Assembly (NCBI GenBank): GCA_035634215.1
Contig: DASQDJ010000257.1
Coordinates: forward strand, 1-32,187
DNA length: 32,187 nt
Direction of reading: 5' to 3'
Source of the DNA: Solirubrobacterales bacterium
GTDB lineage: Bacteria > Actinomycetota > Thermoleophilia > Solirubrobacterales > 70-9
Below the pieces are notes generated by a model. The model had not been told where the DNA came from. It did not search any database and was given only the letters and a program-made list of their open reading frames with translations. Below are positions 6,270-15,341 of this stretch, in pieces. Within the stretch, counting starts at the first letter, position 1. Each line of letters opens with the position of its first letter. The position numbers and the translations under genes are program-made.

Positions 6270-8101
6270 TGGTCGACCAAGGCAAGCAGCAGCGGGGGAA
6301 GGGCCGCGCCGGCACCCTCGACAACCCGGAGACCTACGACAACGTCCCGGGCCACATCATCCCGATCATCGAGCGCGAGTTCGACGACTTCGACAACGAA
6401 GCCGGGAAGTTCCTCGCCGGGGCGATGGCCGAAGACCAGTTCATCGGCTTCCGCCTCAAACAGGGCGTGTACGGGCAGCGCCAGCCCGACGTCCAGATGC
6501 TGCGGATCAAGCTTCCGTTCGGCGGCGTCTCACCGGAGCAGATGGAGGCCTTCGCCAGCGTCGTAGAGCAGTACGCGCCGCTCGTCAAAGGCCACATCAC
6601 GACCCGGCAGAACATCCAGATCCACCACGTGCCGCTGCCCGACGCTGCCAAGGCGATCCGCGAGCTCTCCGACGCCGGCCTCTCCTCGCGCGAGGGCTGC
6701 GGCAACACGATCCGCAACGTCACCGGCGACCCGTGGGCGGGCGTCGCCGCCGACGAGGTCTTCGACCCGACGCCCTACGCCGGCGCCTACGTCCGCTACT
6801 TCGTGCGGCACCCGACCACGCAGCTGATGCCGCGCAAGATCAAGACTTCATTCACCGGCTCCGACGCCGACCGGGCGATCAGCGGCATCCACGACATCGC
6901 CTTCCTCGCCCGCGAGCGCGACGGCGTGCGCGGCTTCGAGATCCGGGTCGGCGGCGGCACCTCGATCATGGCCCGCATCGCCCCGACCCTCTACGAGTTC
7001 GTCGAGGCTGACAACGGCGACTACCTCAAGGTCGCCGAGGCGGCGCTGCGCATCTTCGACCGCCAGGAGTGGCTGCGCGTCAACCGGGCCCGCGCCCGGA
7101 TCAAGGTGCTGATCGACAAGATCGGCATCGACGCCTTCCGCGAGCAGGTCGAGGAGGAGCTGCGGGGCGAGTGGGTCGCCGAGCGCGACTTCAGCGCCGA
7201 GCTGGTCGAGCGCCTCCGCTACGACCACGACGAGGAGGCCAACGCGCCGGCGCCGCCGGTCGCGCCCGCCTCGCCCAACGGGGAGCGCTCCGAGTTCGAG
7301 CGCTTCCTCGAGGCCAACGTGCAGGCGCAGCGCCAGGAGGGCTTCTCGACGGTCGAGGTCAAGGTCGAGCGCGGCGACCTGACGCCGGAGCAGTTCCGCG
7401 GCCTCGCCGCGATCATGCGCGAGTACACGGGTGGCTACGCCCGCAGCACCGTGCAGCAGAACCTCGTCCTGCGCTGGGTGCGTAACGAGGCGCTCTTCGA
7501 CGTCTGGCAGCGGCTCGGCGAGCTCGGCCTCGACGAGGCCGGGCCGCGCGAGGTCTCAGACGTCGTCAGCTGCCCCGGCACCGACAGCTGCAAACTCGGC
7601 ATCACCAGCTCGATGGGCCTCAACCGGGCGATCAAGGAGCGGGTCCAGTCGATGGAGATCTCCGACGAGCTGACCAAGCGCATCCACATCAAGATGAGCG
7701 GCTGCCCGAACGGCTGCTCGCAGCACCACATCGCCAACATCGGCTTCTACGGCGCCTCGCTGAAAGTCGGCGGCCGCCAGATGCCCGCCTACATCCCGCA
7801 CGTCGGCGGCAACTACGAGGGCGGCGAGGTGATCTTCGGCAAGCGGCTGAAATCGCGGCTGCCGGCCAAACGCGTCCCCGAGGCGGTCGAGCGCTGGCTG
7901 CGGCTCTACGAGGCCGAGCGCGCCGACGGCGAGGAGTTCAACGCCTTCGCCGAGCGGACCGGCGCCGAGACCTTCGAAGCCGCGATCAAGGACCTGACCC
8001 TGCCGGCCGAGTTCAGCCTCGAGACGATGCAGCAGTTCATCGACTGGCAACGCTCCAGCCCCTACAAGGTCGAGCGCGGCGAGGGGGAGTGCGCGATCTG
8101 A
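6260..8101 (+). CDS. sir: Ferredoxin-dependent sulfite reductase (nitrite/sulfite reductase family, siroheme/4Fe-4S)
   Basis: 613 aa. Cluster-ligand motifs SCPGTDSCKLGIT and SGCPNGCSQHHIANIGFYG. NiR/SiR ferredoxin-like repeats. Located in the sulfate-assimilation operon. Confidence 0.9.
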   Translation: MELVVDQGKQQRGKGRAGTLDNPETYDNVPGHIIPIIEREFDDFDNEAGKFLAGAMAEDQFIGFRLKQGVYGQRQPDVQMLRIKLPFGGVSPEQMEAFASVVEQYAPLVKGHITTRQNIQIHHVPLPDAAKAIRELSDAGLSSREGCGNTIRNVTGDPWAGVAADEVFDPTPYAGAYVRYFVRHPTTQLMPRKIKTSFTGSDADRAISGIHDIAFLARERDGVRGFEIRVGGGTSIMARIAPTLYEFVEADNGDYLKVAEAALRIFDRQEWLRVNRARARIKVLIDKIGIDAFREQVEEELRGEWVAERDFSAELVERLRYDHDEEANAPAPPVAPASPNGERSEFERFLEANVQAQRQEGFSTVEVKVERGDLTPEQFRGLAAIMREYTGGYARSTVQQNLVLRWVRNEALFDVWQRLGELGLDEAGPREVSDVVSCPGTDSCKLGITSSMGLNRAIKERVQSMEISDELTKRIHIKMSGCPNGCSQHHIANIGFYGASLKVGGRQMPAYIPHVGGNYEGGEVIFGKRLKSRLPAKRVPEAVERWLRLYEAERADGEEFNAFAERTGAETFEAAIKDLTLPAEFSLETMQQFIDWQRSSPYKVERGEGECAI

Positions 8102-8796
8102 TGAACCCCGTCGCCACCCCCACAGAGATCGACGCCGAGGCGATTGCCGCCGAGCTGGAGGAGAAGAGCGCCGGCGAGGCGATCGAGTGGATGTTCGAGA
8201 CCTTCGGCGAGCGCCACTACATCGCCTGCTCGTTCCAGAAGACGAGCTCGGTGACCGCGCACCTGGCCGCGCGGATCAATCCCGAGGCCCGCTTCTTCTA
8301 TCTGGATACCGACGTTCTCTTCCCGGAGACCTACGAGACGCGCGACCGGCTCGCCGAGCATCTCGGCGTCGAGTTCGACCGCTTCCACAACCTGACGCTG
8401 GCCGAGCAGGCCGAGCGGCATGGCGACGAGCTGTGGAAGCGCGACCCCGACGCCTGCTGCGGGCTGCGCAAGGTCGAGCCGATGCGGAGGGCGCTTTCTT
8501 CCGTAGACTGCTGGCTCGCCGGCGTCCGCCGCGAGGACTCAGCCAGCCGCGCCAAGACCCCCAAGTTCGCCTGGGACAAGCGGTTCGAGTTGTGGAAGCT
8601 GAACCCGATCGCGGACTGGACCGAGCGCGACGTCTGGAACTACATCCGTGAGCACCACCTCCCGTACAACCCGCTCCACGACCACGGCTACCCGTCGATC
8701 GGCTGCACGCACTGCACCAAGCCGGTCGTCGCGGGCGGCTCGGCGCGCGACGGCCGCTGGGTCGGCCTCGCCAAGACGGAGTGCGGGCTCAACTAG
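8101..8796 (+). CDS. cysH: Adenosine 5'-phosphosulfate (APS) reductase, Fe-S type
   Basis: PAPS/APS reductase fold (IACSFQKTSSV, C-terminal ECGLN). Carries the CC (DACCGLRKV) and CxxC (GCTHCT) cysteine pairs typical of the Fe-S APS-reductase subclass. ATG 8101 overlaps the sir stop (TGATG); an alternative GTG lies at 8089. Confidence 0.9.
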   Translation: MNPVATPTEIDAEAIAAELEEKSAGEAIEWMFETFGERHYIACSFQKTSSVTAHLAARINPEARFFYLDTDVLFPETYETRDRLAEHLGVEFDRFHNLTLAEQAERHGDELWKRDPDACCGLRKVEPMRRALSSVDCWLAGVRREDSASRAKTPKFAWDKRFELWKLNPIADWTERDVWNYIREHHLPYNPLHDHGYPSIGCTHCTKPVVAGGSARDGRWVGLAKTECGLN

Positions 8797-8878
8797 CGCA
8801 GTCGCTCCGGCTCGCTTCCAGTAGAAGACCTAGTCCCCCGACGACCACGTCCCCCCGAACGATTGGTGAAACGACTTC

Positions 8879-9955
8879 ATGACCGAGACCATGGCTGAGC
8901 TGTCCCTGACCCTCTCTGAGCGCCACACCGCCGACTTCGAGATGATCGGCAACGGCGGCTTCGCGCCGCTGACCGGCTTCCAGGGCGCCGCCGACTGGGA
9001 GCGCGTCTGTGCCGAGATGCGGACCGCCGACGGCGATTACTGGCCGATCCCGATCACCCTGGCCACCGACCTCGATTGCTCGGTCGGCGACGTTGTCGCC
9101 CTCTCCAGCGACGAAGGCAAGCCGCTGGGACGGATCACGGTCGAGGAGATCTTCGAGCGTGACGTCAAGCGCGAGGCCGAGCTGGTCTACCGCACGACCG
9201 ACGAGGCGCACCCGGGCGTGGCGGCGATCTACGAGGAGGGGGCGCGCTGCATCGCCGGCCCGGTCGAGGTCGACGCGCTGCCCGACCACGAAGAGGCGTT
9301 CATGAAGCGCTACCTGACCGCCGAGGAGTCGCGCAAGGCGTTCGCCGAGCGCGGCTGGAAGCGCGTGGTCGCCTTCCAGACCCGCAACCCGATCCACCGC
9401 GCCCACGAGTACCTCACCAAGGCGGCGCTGGAGATCACCGACGGCCTCTTCATCCACCCGCTGATCGGCAAGACCAAGGCCGGCGACATCCCGGCCGACG
9501 TGCGGATGCGCTGCTACGAGGTCCTGATGGAGAAGTACTACCCCCAGGACCGGGTCATCCTCGGCGTCTTCCCCTCGAAGATGCACTACGCCGGCCCGCG
9601 GGAGGCGATCCTGCACGCGATCGCGCGGCGCAACTACGGCGCCACCCACTTCATCGTCGGACGTGACCATGCCGGTGTCGGCGACTACTACGGCACCTAC
9701 GACGCGCAGCACATCTTCGACGAGGTGGACACGAAGGAGCTCGGCATCGAGCCGCTCTTCTTCGAGCACAGCTTCTGGTGCAACGAGTGCGAGGGAATGG
9801 CGTCGGGCAAGACCTGCCCGCACGGCAACGAGGCGCACGTGTTCCTGAGCGGCACCAAGGTGCGCGAGATGCTCGGCAACGGCGAAAGGCCGCCGCAGGA
9901 GTTCTCGCGCAACGAGGTCGCCGACATCCTGATCGACGCTTACAAGGAGGACTGA
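8879..9955 (+). CDS. sat: Sulfate adenylyltransferase (ATP sulfurylase, homo-oligomeric type)
   Basis: QTRNPIHRAHEYL and GRDHAGVG motifs; about 358 aa. Confidence 0.9.
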   Translation: MTETMAELSLTLSERHTADFEMIGNGGFAPLTGFQGAADWERVCAEMRTADGDYWPIPITLATDLDCSVGDVVALSSDEGKPLGRITVEEIFERDVKREAELVYRTTDEAHPGVAAIYEEGARCIAGPVEVDALPDHEEAFMKRYLTAEESRKAFAERGWKRVVAFQTRNPIHRAHEYLTKAALEITDGLFIHPLIGKTKAGDIPADVRMRCYEVLMEKYYPQDRVILGVFPSKMHYAGPREAILHAIARRNYGATHFIVGRDHAGVGDYYGTYDAQHIFDEVDTKELGIEPLFFEHSFWCNECEGMASGKTCPHGNEAHVFLSGTKVREMLGNGERPPQEFSRNEVADILIDAYKED

Positions 9956-9962
9956 CGTAGCG

Positions 9963-10514
9963 ATGGCCGACAAGGGATTCACCCTCTGGTTCACCGGGCT
10001 CTCCGGGGCCGGCAAGACGACCATCTCCGGGATCCTGGAGAAGGAGCTGCGCGAGCGCGGCTCGAAGCTCGAGATCCTCGACGGCGACGTCGTGCGCGAA
10101 AACCTCTCCAAGGGGCTCGGCTTCTCCAAAGAGGACCGCGACACCAACGTGCGCCGCATCGCCTTCGTCGCCGACCTGCTCAGCCGCAACGGCGTGCCGG
10201 TGATCACCGCCGCGATCTCCCCCTACAAGGAGATTCGCGACGAGGCCCGCGAGACGATGGGCGACCGCTTCATCGAGGTGTACGTGAAGGCGTCGGTCGA
10301 CACCTGCGCCGACCGCGACGTCAAGGGCCTCTACAAGAAAGCCTTCGCCGGCGAGATCAAGGAATTCACCGGCGTCTCGGATCCCTACGAGGCCCCCGAG
10401 AACCCCGAGGTCGTCTGCGACACCGAAAGCGAAACCCCTGAGGAGTCGGCGCAGAAGCTGATTGCCTACCTCGAGCAGCGCGACCTGCTGCCGGCGGCAC
10501 CAGTAGCCGCTTAG
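9963..10514 (+). CDS. cysC: Adenylylsulfate (APS) kinase
   Basis: FTLWFTGLSGAGKTTI P-loop, LDGDVVR, and family-typical length of 183 aa. Confidence 0.95.
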   Translation: MADKGFTLWFTGLSGAGKTTISGILEKELRERGSKLEILDGDVVRENLSKGLGFSKEDRDTNVRRIAFVADLLSRNGVPVITAAISPYKEIRDEARETMGDRFIEVYVKASVDTCADRDVKGLYKKAFAGEIKEFTGVSDPYEAPENPEVVCDTESETPEESAQKLIAYLEQRDLLPAAPVAA

Positions 10515-10527
10515 ACCACGTCCCTGA

Positions 10528-10555
10528 CACGGCCAGGGCTCGAGCCCTGGCCGTG
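10528..10555 (+). terminator. Perfect 28-nt palindrome (12-bp stem, 4-nt loop) after cysC
   Basis: CACGGCCAGGGC tcga GCCCTGGCCGTG, 14 nt downstream of the cysC stop. No U-tract, which is common in high-GC actinobacteria. Confidence 0.6.
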
Positions 10556-10690
10556 ATCGCGCGCCCTGCGCGCCATTTGCTCCACGCACCGATTCGCGCG
10601 GGCGCCAATCCGAGCGCTGCCGATTTGCAGGCAAAATCGGCAATCCGCCGCCGCAAATCCAGGCCGTCGGTTTAAATACCGCAGGTTTTG

Positions 10691-10720
10691 TTGACTGGTA
10701 CGCGGTCGACCCCTTATTCC
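10691..10720 (+). promoter_or_regulatory. Candidate sigma-70-like promoter for the first small secreted paralog
   Basis: TTGACT-N18-TATTCC. A similar arrangement (TTGAAC-N17-TATCTC) lies upstream of the second paralog. Confidence 0.3.
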
Positions 10721-10787
10721 TCTTGACGCGCCCCAGGGGTGGGGCGTGGCGCTCACCAAGCGTCTACTTCAAGAGAAGGGAACCACG

Positions 10788-11441
10788 ATGAGCATGAAGC
10801 TCAAGGTCCTCGGTCTGGGGATCCTTGCCGTCATGGCAACGAGTGCGTTCACGGTGATGAACGCCTCGGCCCAAGATCAGCCAAACAGTCATTTCACGTC
10901 AGAGGCTGAACACGTAATCATCAAAGGGAAAGACGCTTTCGGCAGCGGACATTCCTTGCAATTCAAAGGATCGGGCGATCCGATCAGCTGCACAGACGCG
11001 ACGTATCACGGCACAATAGTCGAGTCGGACAAAACAACTCAGGCTATTCAGGTCAGGCCCCACTACACACAATGCGCCACAACGAGCGGCACCTGGGGCT
11101 CAGTAACCGTCCATGTCCCGACCGGCTGTGGGACAAACGTGTATGAATTCACAAGCGGTAATCCTGGCACAATTCACGTTAACTGCCAGATTACGATTAC
11201 ACATCCGAACTGCACCATCCGGGTGCCTGTTCAGACACGAAACGGCGCGACCTATACACAGGTCACCGAACAGGGCAAACACGCCATTACACTCCATGTA
11301 AACGCTCCTGAAATTACAACCCACTACGAGTCTGGCATCTGTGTCTTCTTGGGCACAAGCCACACCTCGACCATGACGGGCAACGCCACAGTCTGGGGTG
11401 AGAACCAAGCGGGAGGCCGAGTCGGCATCACAGCGACATAA
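10788..11441 (+). CDS. Small secreted six-cysteine protein, paralog 1 (unknown function)
   Basis: ATG 10788 follows GAGAAGGGAA. Signal peptide MSMKLKVLGLGILAVMATSAFTVMNASA. Six Cys conserved with the 18337..19005 paralog. Markedly lower GC and A/T-ending codons. Confidence 0.8.
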   Translation: MSMKLKVLGLGILAVMATSAFTVMNASAQDQPNSHFTSEAEHVIIKGKDAFGSGHSLQFKGSGDPISCTDATYHGTIVESDKTTQAIQVRPHYTQCATTSGTWGSVTVHVPTGCGTNVYEFTSGNPGTIHVNCQITITHPNCTIRVPVQTRNGATYTQVTEQGKHAITLHVNAPEITTHYESGICVFLGTSHTSTMTGNATVWGENQAGGRVGITAT

Positions 11442-11459
11442 GGGCATCTCTGAATGACG

Positions 11460-11495
11460 GCCGTCGGGCCCGGTCCTCAGATCGGGCCCGACGGC
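11460..11495 (+). terminator. Hairpin (perfect 12-bp stem, 12-nt loop) after paralog 1
   Basis: GCCGTCGGGCCC ggtcctcagatc GGGCCCGACGGC. Confidence 0.55.
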
Positions 11496-11497
11496 TA

Positions 11498-11526
11498 TTG
11501 ACGTTGAGAACATCAGGTGATACCGT
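11498..11526 (+). promoter_or_regulatory. Candidate promoter for the two giant secreted-protein genes
   Basis: TTGACG-N17-TACCGT immediately after the hairpin, about 70 nt upstream of ATG 11595. Confidence 0.3.
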
Positions 11527-11594
11527 GTCCATACTTTGGGGGTACCGATTGCGGCCGCTTCGCAGCGTCGCCGCTTTTAGGGAGGAAAAGGACG

Positions 11595-14500
11595 ATGGGA
11601 ACTTCCGCCAAGAGGGCGCTCCGGATCGGAACGATGGCGCTGGCGGTCGTCACGCTAGTCATCGCTCTGAGCAGCCCAGCCTCGGCGGCTGCGCCCGACC
11701 TTCTTTTGCGCGTCCCACAGGAGGACGGGCTACCAAAATTTGGCGGCGGTGCGGGGCAGACGAACAACCCCCGCGGTGTCGCTGGAAACCCGGCCACTGG
11801 TCACTTCTACGTCTCCGAGTTAGAAAACGCGCGCGTCAGCGAGTACACCGCCTGGGGTCTTTTCGTGCGGGCCTGGGGATGGAACGTAGCCCCCGACGGA
11901 ACTCCGGGCGACACGTCAAGCGACGAATTGGAGACGTGCGGCCCGCCTCAGCCGGAAGCAGAACCCTCCCCGGATCTTTGTCAAGCGGGGAATGCAGGCC
12001 CTGGTAAGGGCCAGCTCGACTGGCCGATGGGCCTCGCGGTCGACCCCAGCGGCGACGTCTACGTGTTTGAGTTCTTCAACCGACGCGTCCAGAAATTCAG
12101 CTCGTCGGGGGAGTTCCTGCTGATGTTCGGCGCCGACGTCAACCAGACCAAAGTTGGCGAAGGGGCCTCCGGAGCGCAACGGAACGTCTGCACGGACGCG
12201 TCCGGCGACACCTGTCAGGCGGGCACTTCCGGTGAAGGCACAAGTCAACTTGACGCGACCCTCGGCGATTACATCGACTACTCCCCGGCCGAAGGCGGAA
12301 CGATCCTGGTCGGAGACAAAGGCGGCATCCAGGTCTTCGATACCAACGGCATCCACAAAAAAACCATCCTCTTCTCGGGCGCGCTGTCTGCGCTGGCCGG
12401 CAAACAGGTCAATGGCCTCGACGTCGACAAAGACGCGAATATCTACATCACTCTCGACGCCACCGAAGACGTCTACAAGCTCTCACCGACTGGGGTGCCG
12501 CTCGACCCGGGCAAACCGGGCAGCTCGAGCTTCAAAGCGGAGGAGCCGCTTGGAGTCGCGGTGGATGTGGAGGGCAGCGTCTACGCGATTGACGATCCGG
12601 AAGGCTTCGTCGGAGCGCCCCCTTATGTCCTCAAATACAGCGCGGCGGGTGCGAAGCTGGTGCCGACAGCGGCAGAAGAAGGAGCCGGCACGCCGTTTCC
12701 GGAAAGGTCGTCGGGTGCGCGCCTTACCGCAATCGCGACGAACATCTGCTCGGGCAGCGAGGCACCCGGCAACCTCTACGTCGGCTTCTTCAACGCCGGC
12801 TCCCCGCCTCACGTCAGCTACGTCGACGCATACGGCACCGCTCCGATTGGCTGCGAATTGCCGCCGCCGAACCCGCCGGTAGTGGGCGAGCAGTTCGCGA
12901 CCTTCGTTGGGAGCGAAGAGGCGACGCTGCGGGCGCTGATCAACCCTTGGTTCTTCCCCGACACCACCTACTACGTCGAATATGGGGTCGCCCCGTGCTC
13001 GACGGGCGGTTGCACCAATAAAGCGCCCGTTCCGCCGGCACTCCTGACCCAGAGATCCGTCAAAGCCTTCGTCTCAACGGCCGACGTGATCCTTGAGGGC
13101 CTTGCACCCGGCACGACTTACCACTACCGCTTCGTCGCGGACAGCTCCGGTGGCGAGCAGGTGCACGGCATCGATCCGGACGGAGAGGGCCCGCTGAAAG
13201 CGGATCTTGAAAACGGCATGGAAGGAACCTTCAGGACCCCCGTCGCGGGTGAGCCGCCGGAACCATGCTCCAACGACCCCTTCCGCATCGGACCTGGCGC
13301 CGACCTTCCCGATTGCCGCGCCTACGAGATGGTCTCGCCCCTCGACAAAGGCAACGCCGACGTGGCACTTGGGATCGGCAGGAATAACGTCCGCTACCGA
13401 CTCTTCGAAGTGAACAAGAGCGCTTTGTCGGGCGAGCGGTTCACCTTTACCGCAGCCACGGCTTTCGGTGACGCGGAGAGCGCCGCATTCTCCTCTCAGT
13501 ACCTCGCGGAGCGAGACGGGGACGGCTGGACGAGCAAAGGAATTTCGCCGCCGCGCACCGAACCGGGGCTGCCGGTGGACCTGGTCTTTGGCGCCGAATT
13601 CCATGGCTTCAGCGAGGATCTGTGTCGCGGCTGGCTGCGCCTTTACTCGGTTGCGCCCCTGACGGTCGACGCGATCGAAAAGTTCCCCAACCTCTACAGG
13701 CGCGACAACTGTCTTCCATCGCCCAATTACACCGCGCTGACGACAAAAGAACCACCGAACCGATCGGCCGAGGAATACGACAGGCTGTTAATCGACGGCT
13801 TCTCGGCGGACGGAAGCCACGCAATTTTCACCGCCCCCGACACGCTCCATCCCGAAGCACCTACGCCGAAAGCCGGCGAGGAGGTTCTTTACGAGCATGT
13901 GCCGGGCGACCTGCGCTTCGTCTGCTACCTGCCGACTGGGGAGCCGAGCCCGGAAGCCTGCTCGGCGGGGACCAAGGCGGTGCCGGGCTCCTCGAACTTT
14001 TCGCCGTTGAAGAACGCGATCTCCGCTGACGGCTCGCGGATCTTCTGGACCGCCTATACGACCAATGAGATCAACGATAGCCAGCCCGGCCGCATCTTCG
14101 TGCGGATCGATGGACAGGAAACCGTCGCCATTTCGGATGCGGTGCCGTCTTCGGGCCGTGCTTTCTTCTGGACCGCTGCGGACGACGGCTCAAAGGCAAT
14201 TTTCTCGTTCGTCTCGGGTGATCGGAGCGGCGAGCTCTACGAGTTCGACGTCGACACCGAAACGCCGACGCTGATCGCCGAGGGGGTCGAGGGCCCGATG
14301 GGGGCGAGCGAGGACGCCTCGCGCCTCTACTTCGCCTCGACTGAGGACTTGGACGATGATGGCCCGGGCAGCGCCGGCGCCCACAACCTCTACTTCTACG
14401 AAGCTAATCCGGGTGGGGGGCCCGGGACCTATCAGTTCGTCATGGCGCTGGCAGATGCCGATGTCGGGTCGATGAATCCGAGCGCCCAGGGCGGGGCGAC

Positions 14501-15341
14501 GAGGCCGGTGGATCTTTTGCCGCCTATGCGCGCCGCTCGCGTCACCCCAGACGGGCTGCATGTCACCTTCATGTCGAAGGCGAGCCCGGCGCCAAGTGGA
14601 TACGACAACCGCGACATCGACAGCGGTCAAGCCGCCGCCGAGGTCTACCGATACGACGCCGCGGCCGGCGATCTTCATTGCGTCTCGTGCAACCCGACCG
14701 GGGCGAGGCCGGCCGCGGTTCTCGCTGAAGCCGTCATGACCGCCGCCCGCATCCAGGGCTGGGAAGCAAATCAACATGCTCCCAGGGTGATCACTGACGA
14801 CGGCTCGCGCGTCTTCTTCGAAAGCCACGAGGCGCTCGTCCCATCAGACTCCAACGGCACCTGGGACGTCTATCAGTGGGAGGAGCCCGGCAAAGGCACC
14901 TGCACCACCGCCACCCCCACCTACACCGACACGACCGGCGGCTGCGTGGACCTCCTCTCCTCCGGCCAGAGCGCCGCGCGCTCCCTGTTCCTGGACGCCG
15001 ACCCCTCCGGCAACAACGTCTTCCTCGCCACCCAGAGCTCCCTGGTCGGTCAGGACTACGGCCTGAACGACGTCTACGTCGCCCGCGTCGGCGGCGGCTT
15101 CCCCGAGCCCGTGCCGCCGGGCGATTGCGAAGGGGCCGCCTGCCAGGGCCCGGCGCCGGCGCCCCCGGTGAGGACGCCCGCCAGCGAGTCCTTCCAGGGC
15201 CCCGGCAACGAGACCGATAAACCGAAAGCCCGCAGATGCCCGAAAGGCAAGCGCCGCGTCACCCGCAAAGGCAAAGCGCGCTGCGTGAAGAAGCGCAAAG
15301 CCAGCAAACAGCGCAGCGGCCAGAGAGGGGGCCGGCGATGA
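11595..15341 (+). CDS. Large secreted multidomain protein: NHL-repeat beta-propeller, FN3-like domain, PD40/TolB-like repeats, basic Cys-containing C-terminal tail
   Basis: ATG 11595 follows GGGAGGAAAAGG. Signal peptide MGTSAKRALRIGTMALAVVTLVIALSSPASAAAP. NHL blades, e.g. GQLDWPMGLAVDPSGDVYVFEFFNRRVQKFSSSGEFLLMFG. FN3-like ATLRALINPWFFPDTTYYVEYG...LAPGTTYHYRFVA. PD40-like ISADGSRIFWTAY, TPDGLHVTFMS, TDDGSRVFFES...WDVYQW. Tail RRCPKGKRRVTRKGKARCVKKRKASKQRSGQRGGRR. Confidence 0.8.
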   Translation: MGTSAKRALRIGTMALAVVTLVIALSSPASAAAPDLLLRVPQEDGLPKFGGGAGQTNNPRGVAGNPATGHFYVSELENARVSEYTAWGLFVRAWGWNVAPDGTPGDTSSDELETCGPPQPEAEPSPDLCQAGNAGPGKGQLDWPMGLAVDPSGDVYVFEFFNRRVQKFSSSGEFLLMFGADVNQTKVGEGASGAQRNVCTDASGDTCQAGTSGEGTSQLDATLGDYIDYSPAEGGTILVGDKGGIQVFDTNGIHKKTILFSGALSALAGKQVNGLDVDKDANIYITLDATEDVYKLSPTGVPLDPGKPGSSSFKAEEPLGVAVDVEGSVYAIDDPEGFVGAPPYVLKYSAAGAKLVPTAAEEGAGTPFPERSSGARLTAIATNICSGSEAPGNLYVGFFNAGSPPHVSYVDAYGTAPIGCELPPPNPPVVGEQFATFVGSEEATLRALINPWFFPDTTYYVEYGVAPCSTGGCTNKAPVPPALLTQRSVKAFVSTADVILEGLAPGTTYHYRFVADSSGGEQVHGIDPDGEGPLKADLENGMEGTFRTPVAGEPPEPCSNDPFRIGPGADLPDCRAYEMVSPLDKGNADVALGIGRNNVRYRLFEVNKSALSGERFTFTAATAFGDAESAAFSSQYLAERDGDGWTSKGISPPRTEPGLPVDLVFGAEFHGFSEDLCRGWLRLYSVAPLTVDAIEKFPNLYRRDNCLPSPNYTALTTKEPPNRSAEEYDRLLIDGFSADGSHAIFTAPDTLHPEAPTPKAGEEVLYEHVPGDLRFVCYLPTGEPSPEACSAGTKAVPGSSNFSPLKNAISADGSRIFWTAYTTNEINDSQPGRIFVRIDGQETVAISDAVPSSGRAFFWTAADDGSKAIFSFVSGDRSGELYEFDVDTETPTLIAEGVEGPMGASEDASRLYFASTEDLDDDGPGSAGAHNLYFYEANPGGGPGTYQFVMALADADVGSMNPSAQGGATRPVDLLPPMRAARVTPDGLHVTFMSKASPAPSGYDNRDIDSGQAAAEVYRYDAAAGDLHCVSCNPTGARPAAVLAEAVMTAARIQGWEANQHAPRVITDDGSRVFFESHEALVPSDSNGTWDVYQWEEPGKGTCTTATPTYTDTTGGCVDLLSSGQSAARSLFLDADPSGNNVFLATQSSLVGQDYGLNDVYVARVGGGFPEPVPPGDCEGAACQGPAPAPPVRTPASESFQGPGNETDKPKARRCPKGKRRVTRKGKARCVKKRKASKQRSGQRGGRR

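Noticed and set aside
8789-10643. Minus-strand ORFs 8789..10207 (472 aa) and 9651..10643 (330 aa)
   Set aside because: They are antisense to sat and cysC, which have unambiguous motifs. They are shadow ORFs.
10515-10787. A riboswitch or small RNA in the 270-bp cysC-to-paralog intergenic region
   Set aside because: The region contains several hairpins: 10528-10555, an imperfect GCCGATTTGC/GCAAAATCGGC at about 10619-10641, and CGCCCCA-ggg-TGGGGCG at about 10728-10744. I recognise no known riboswitch consensus. They are more simply explained as a terminator plus 5'-UTR structure.
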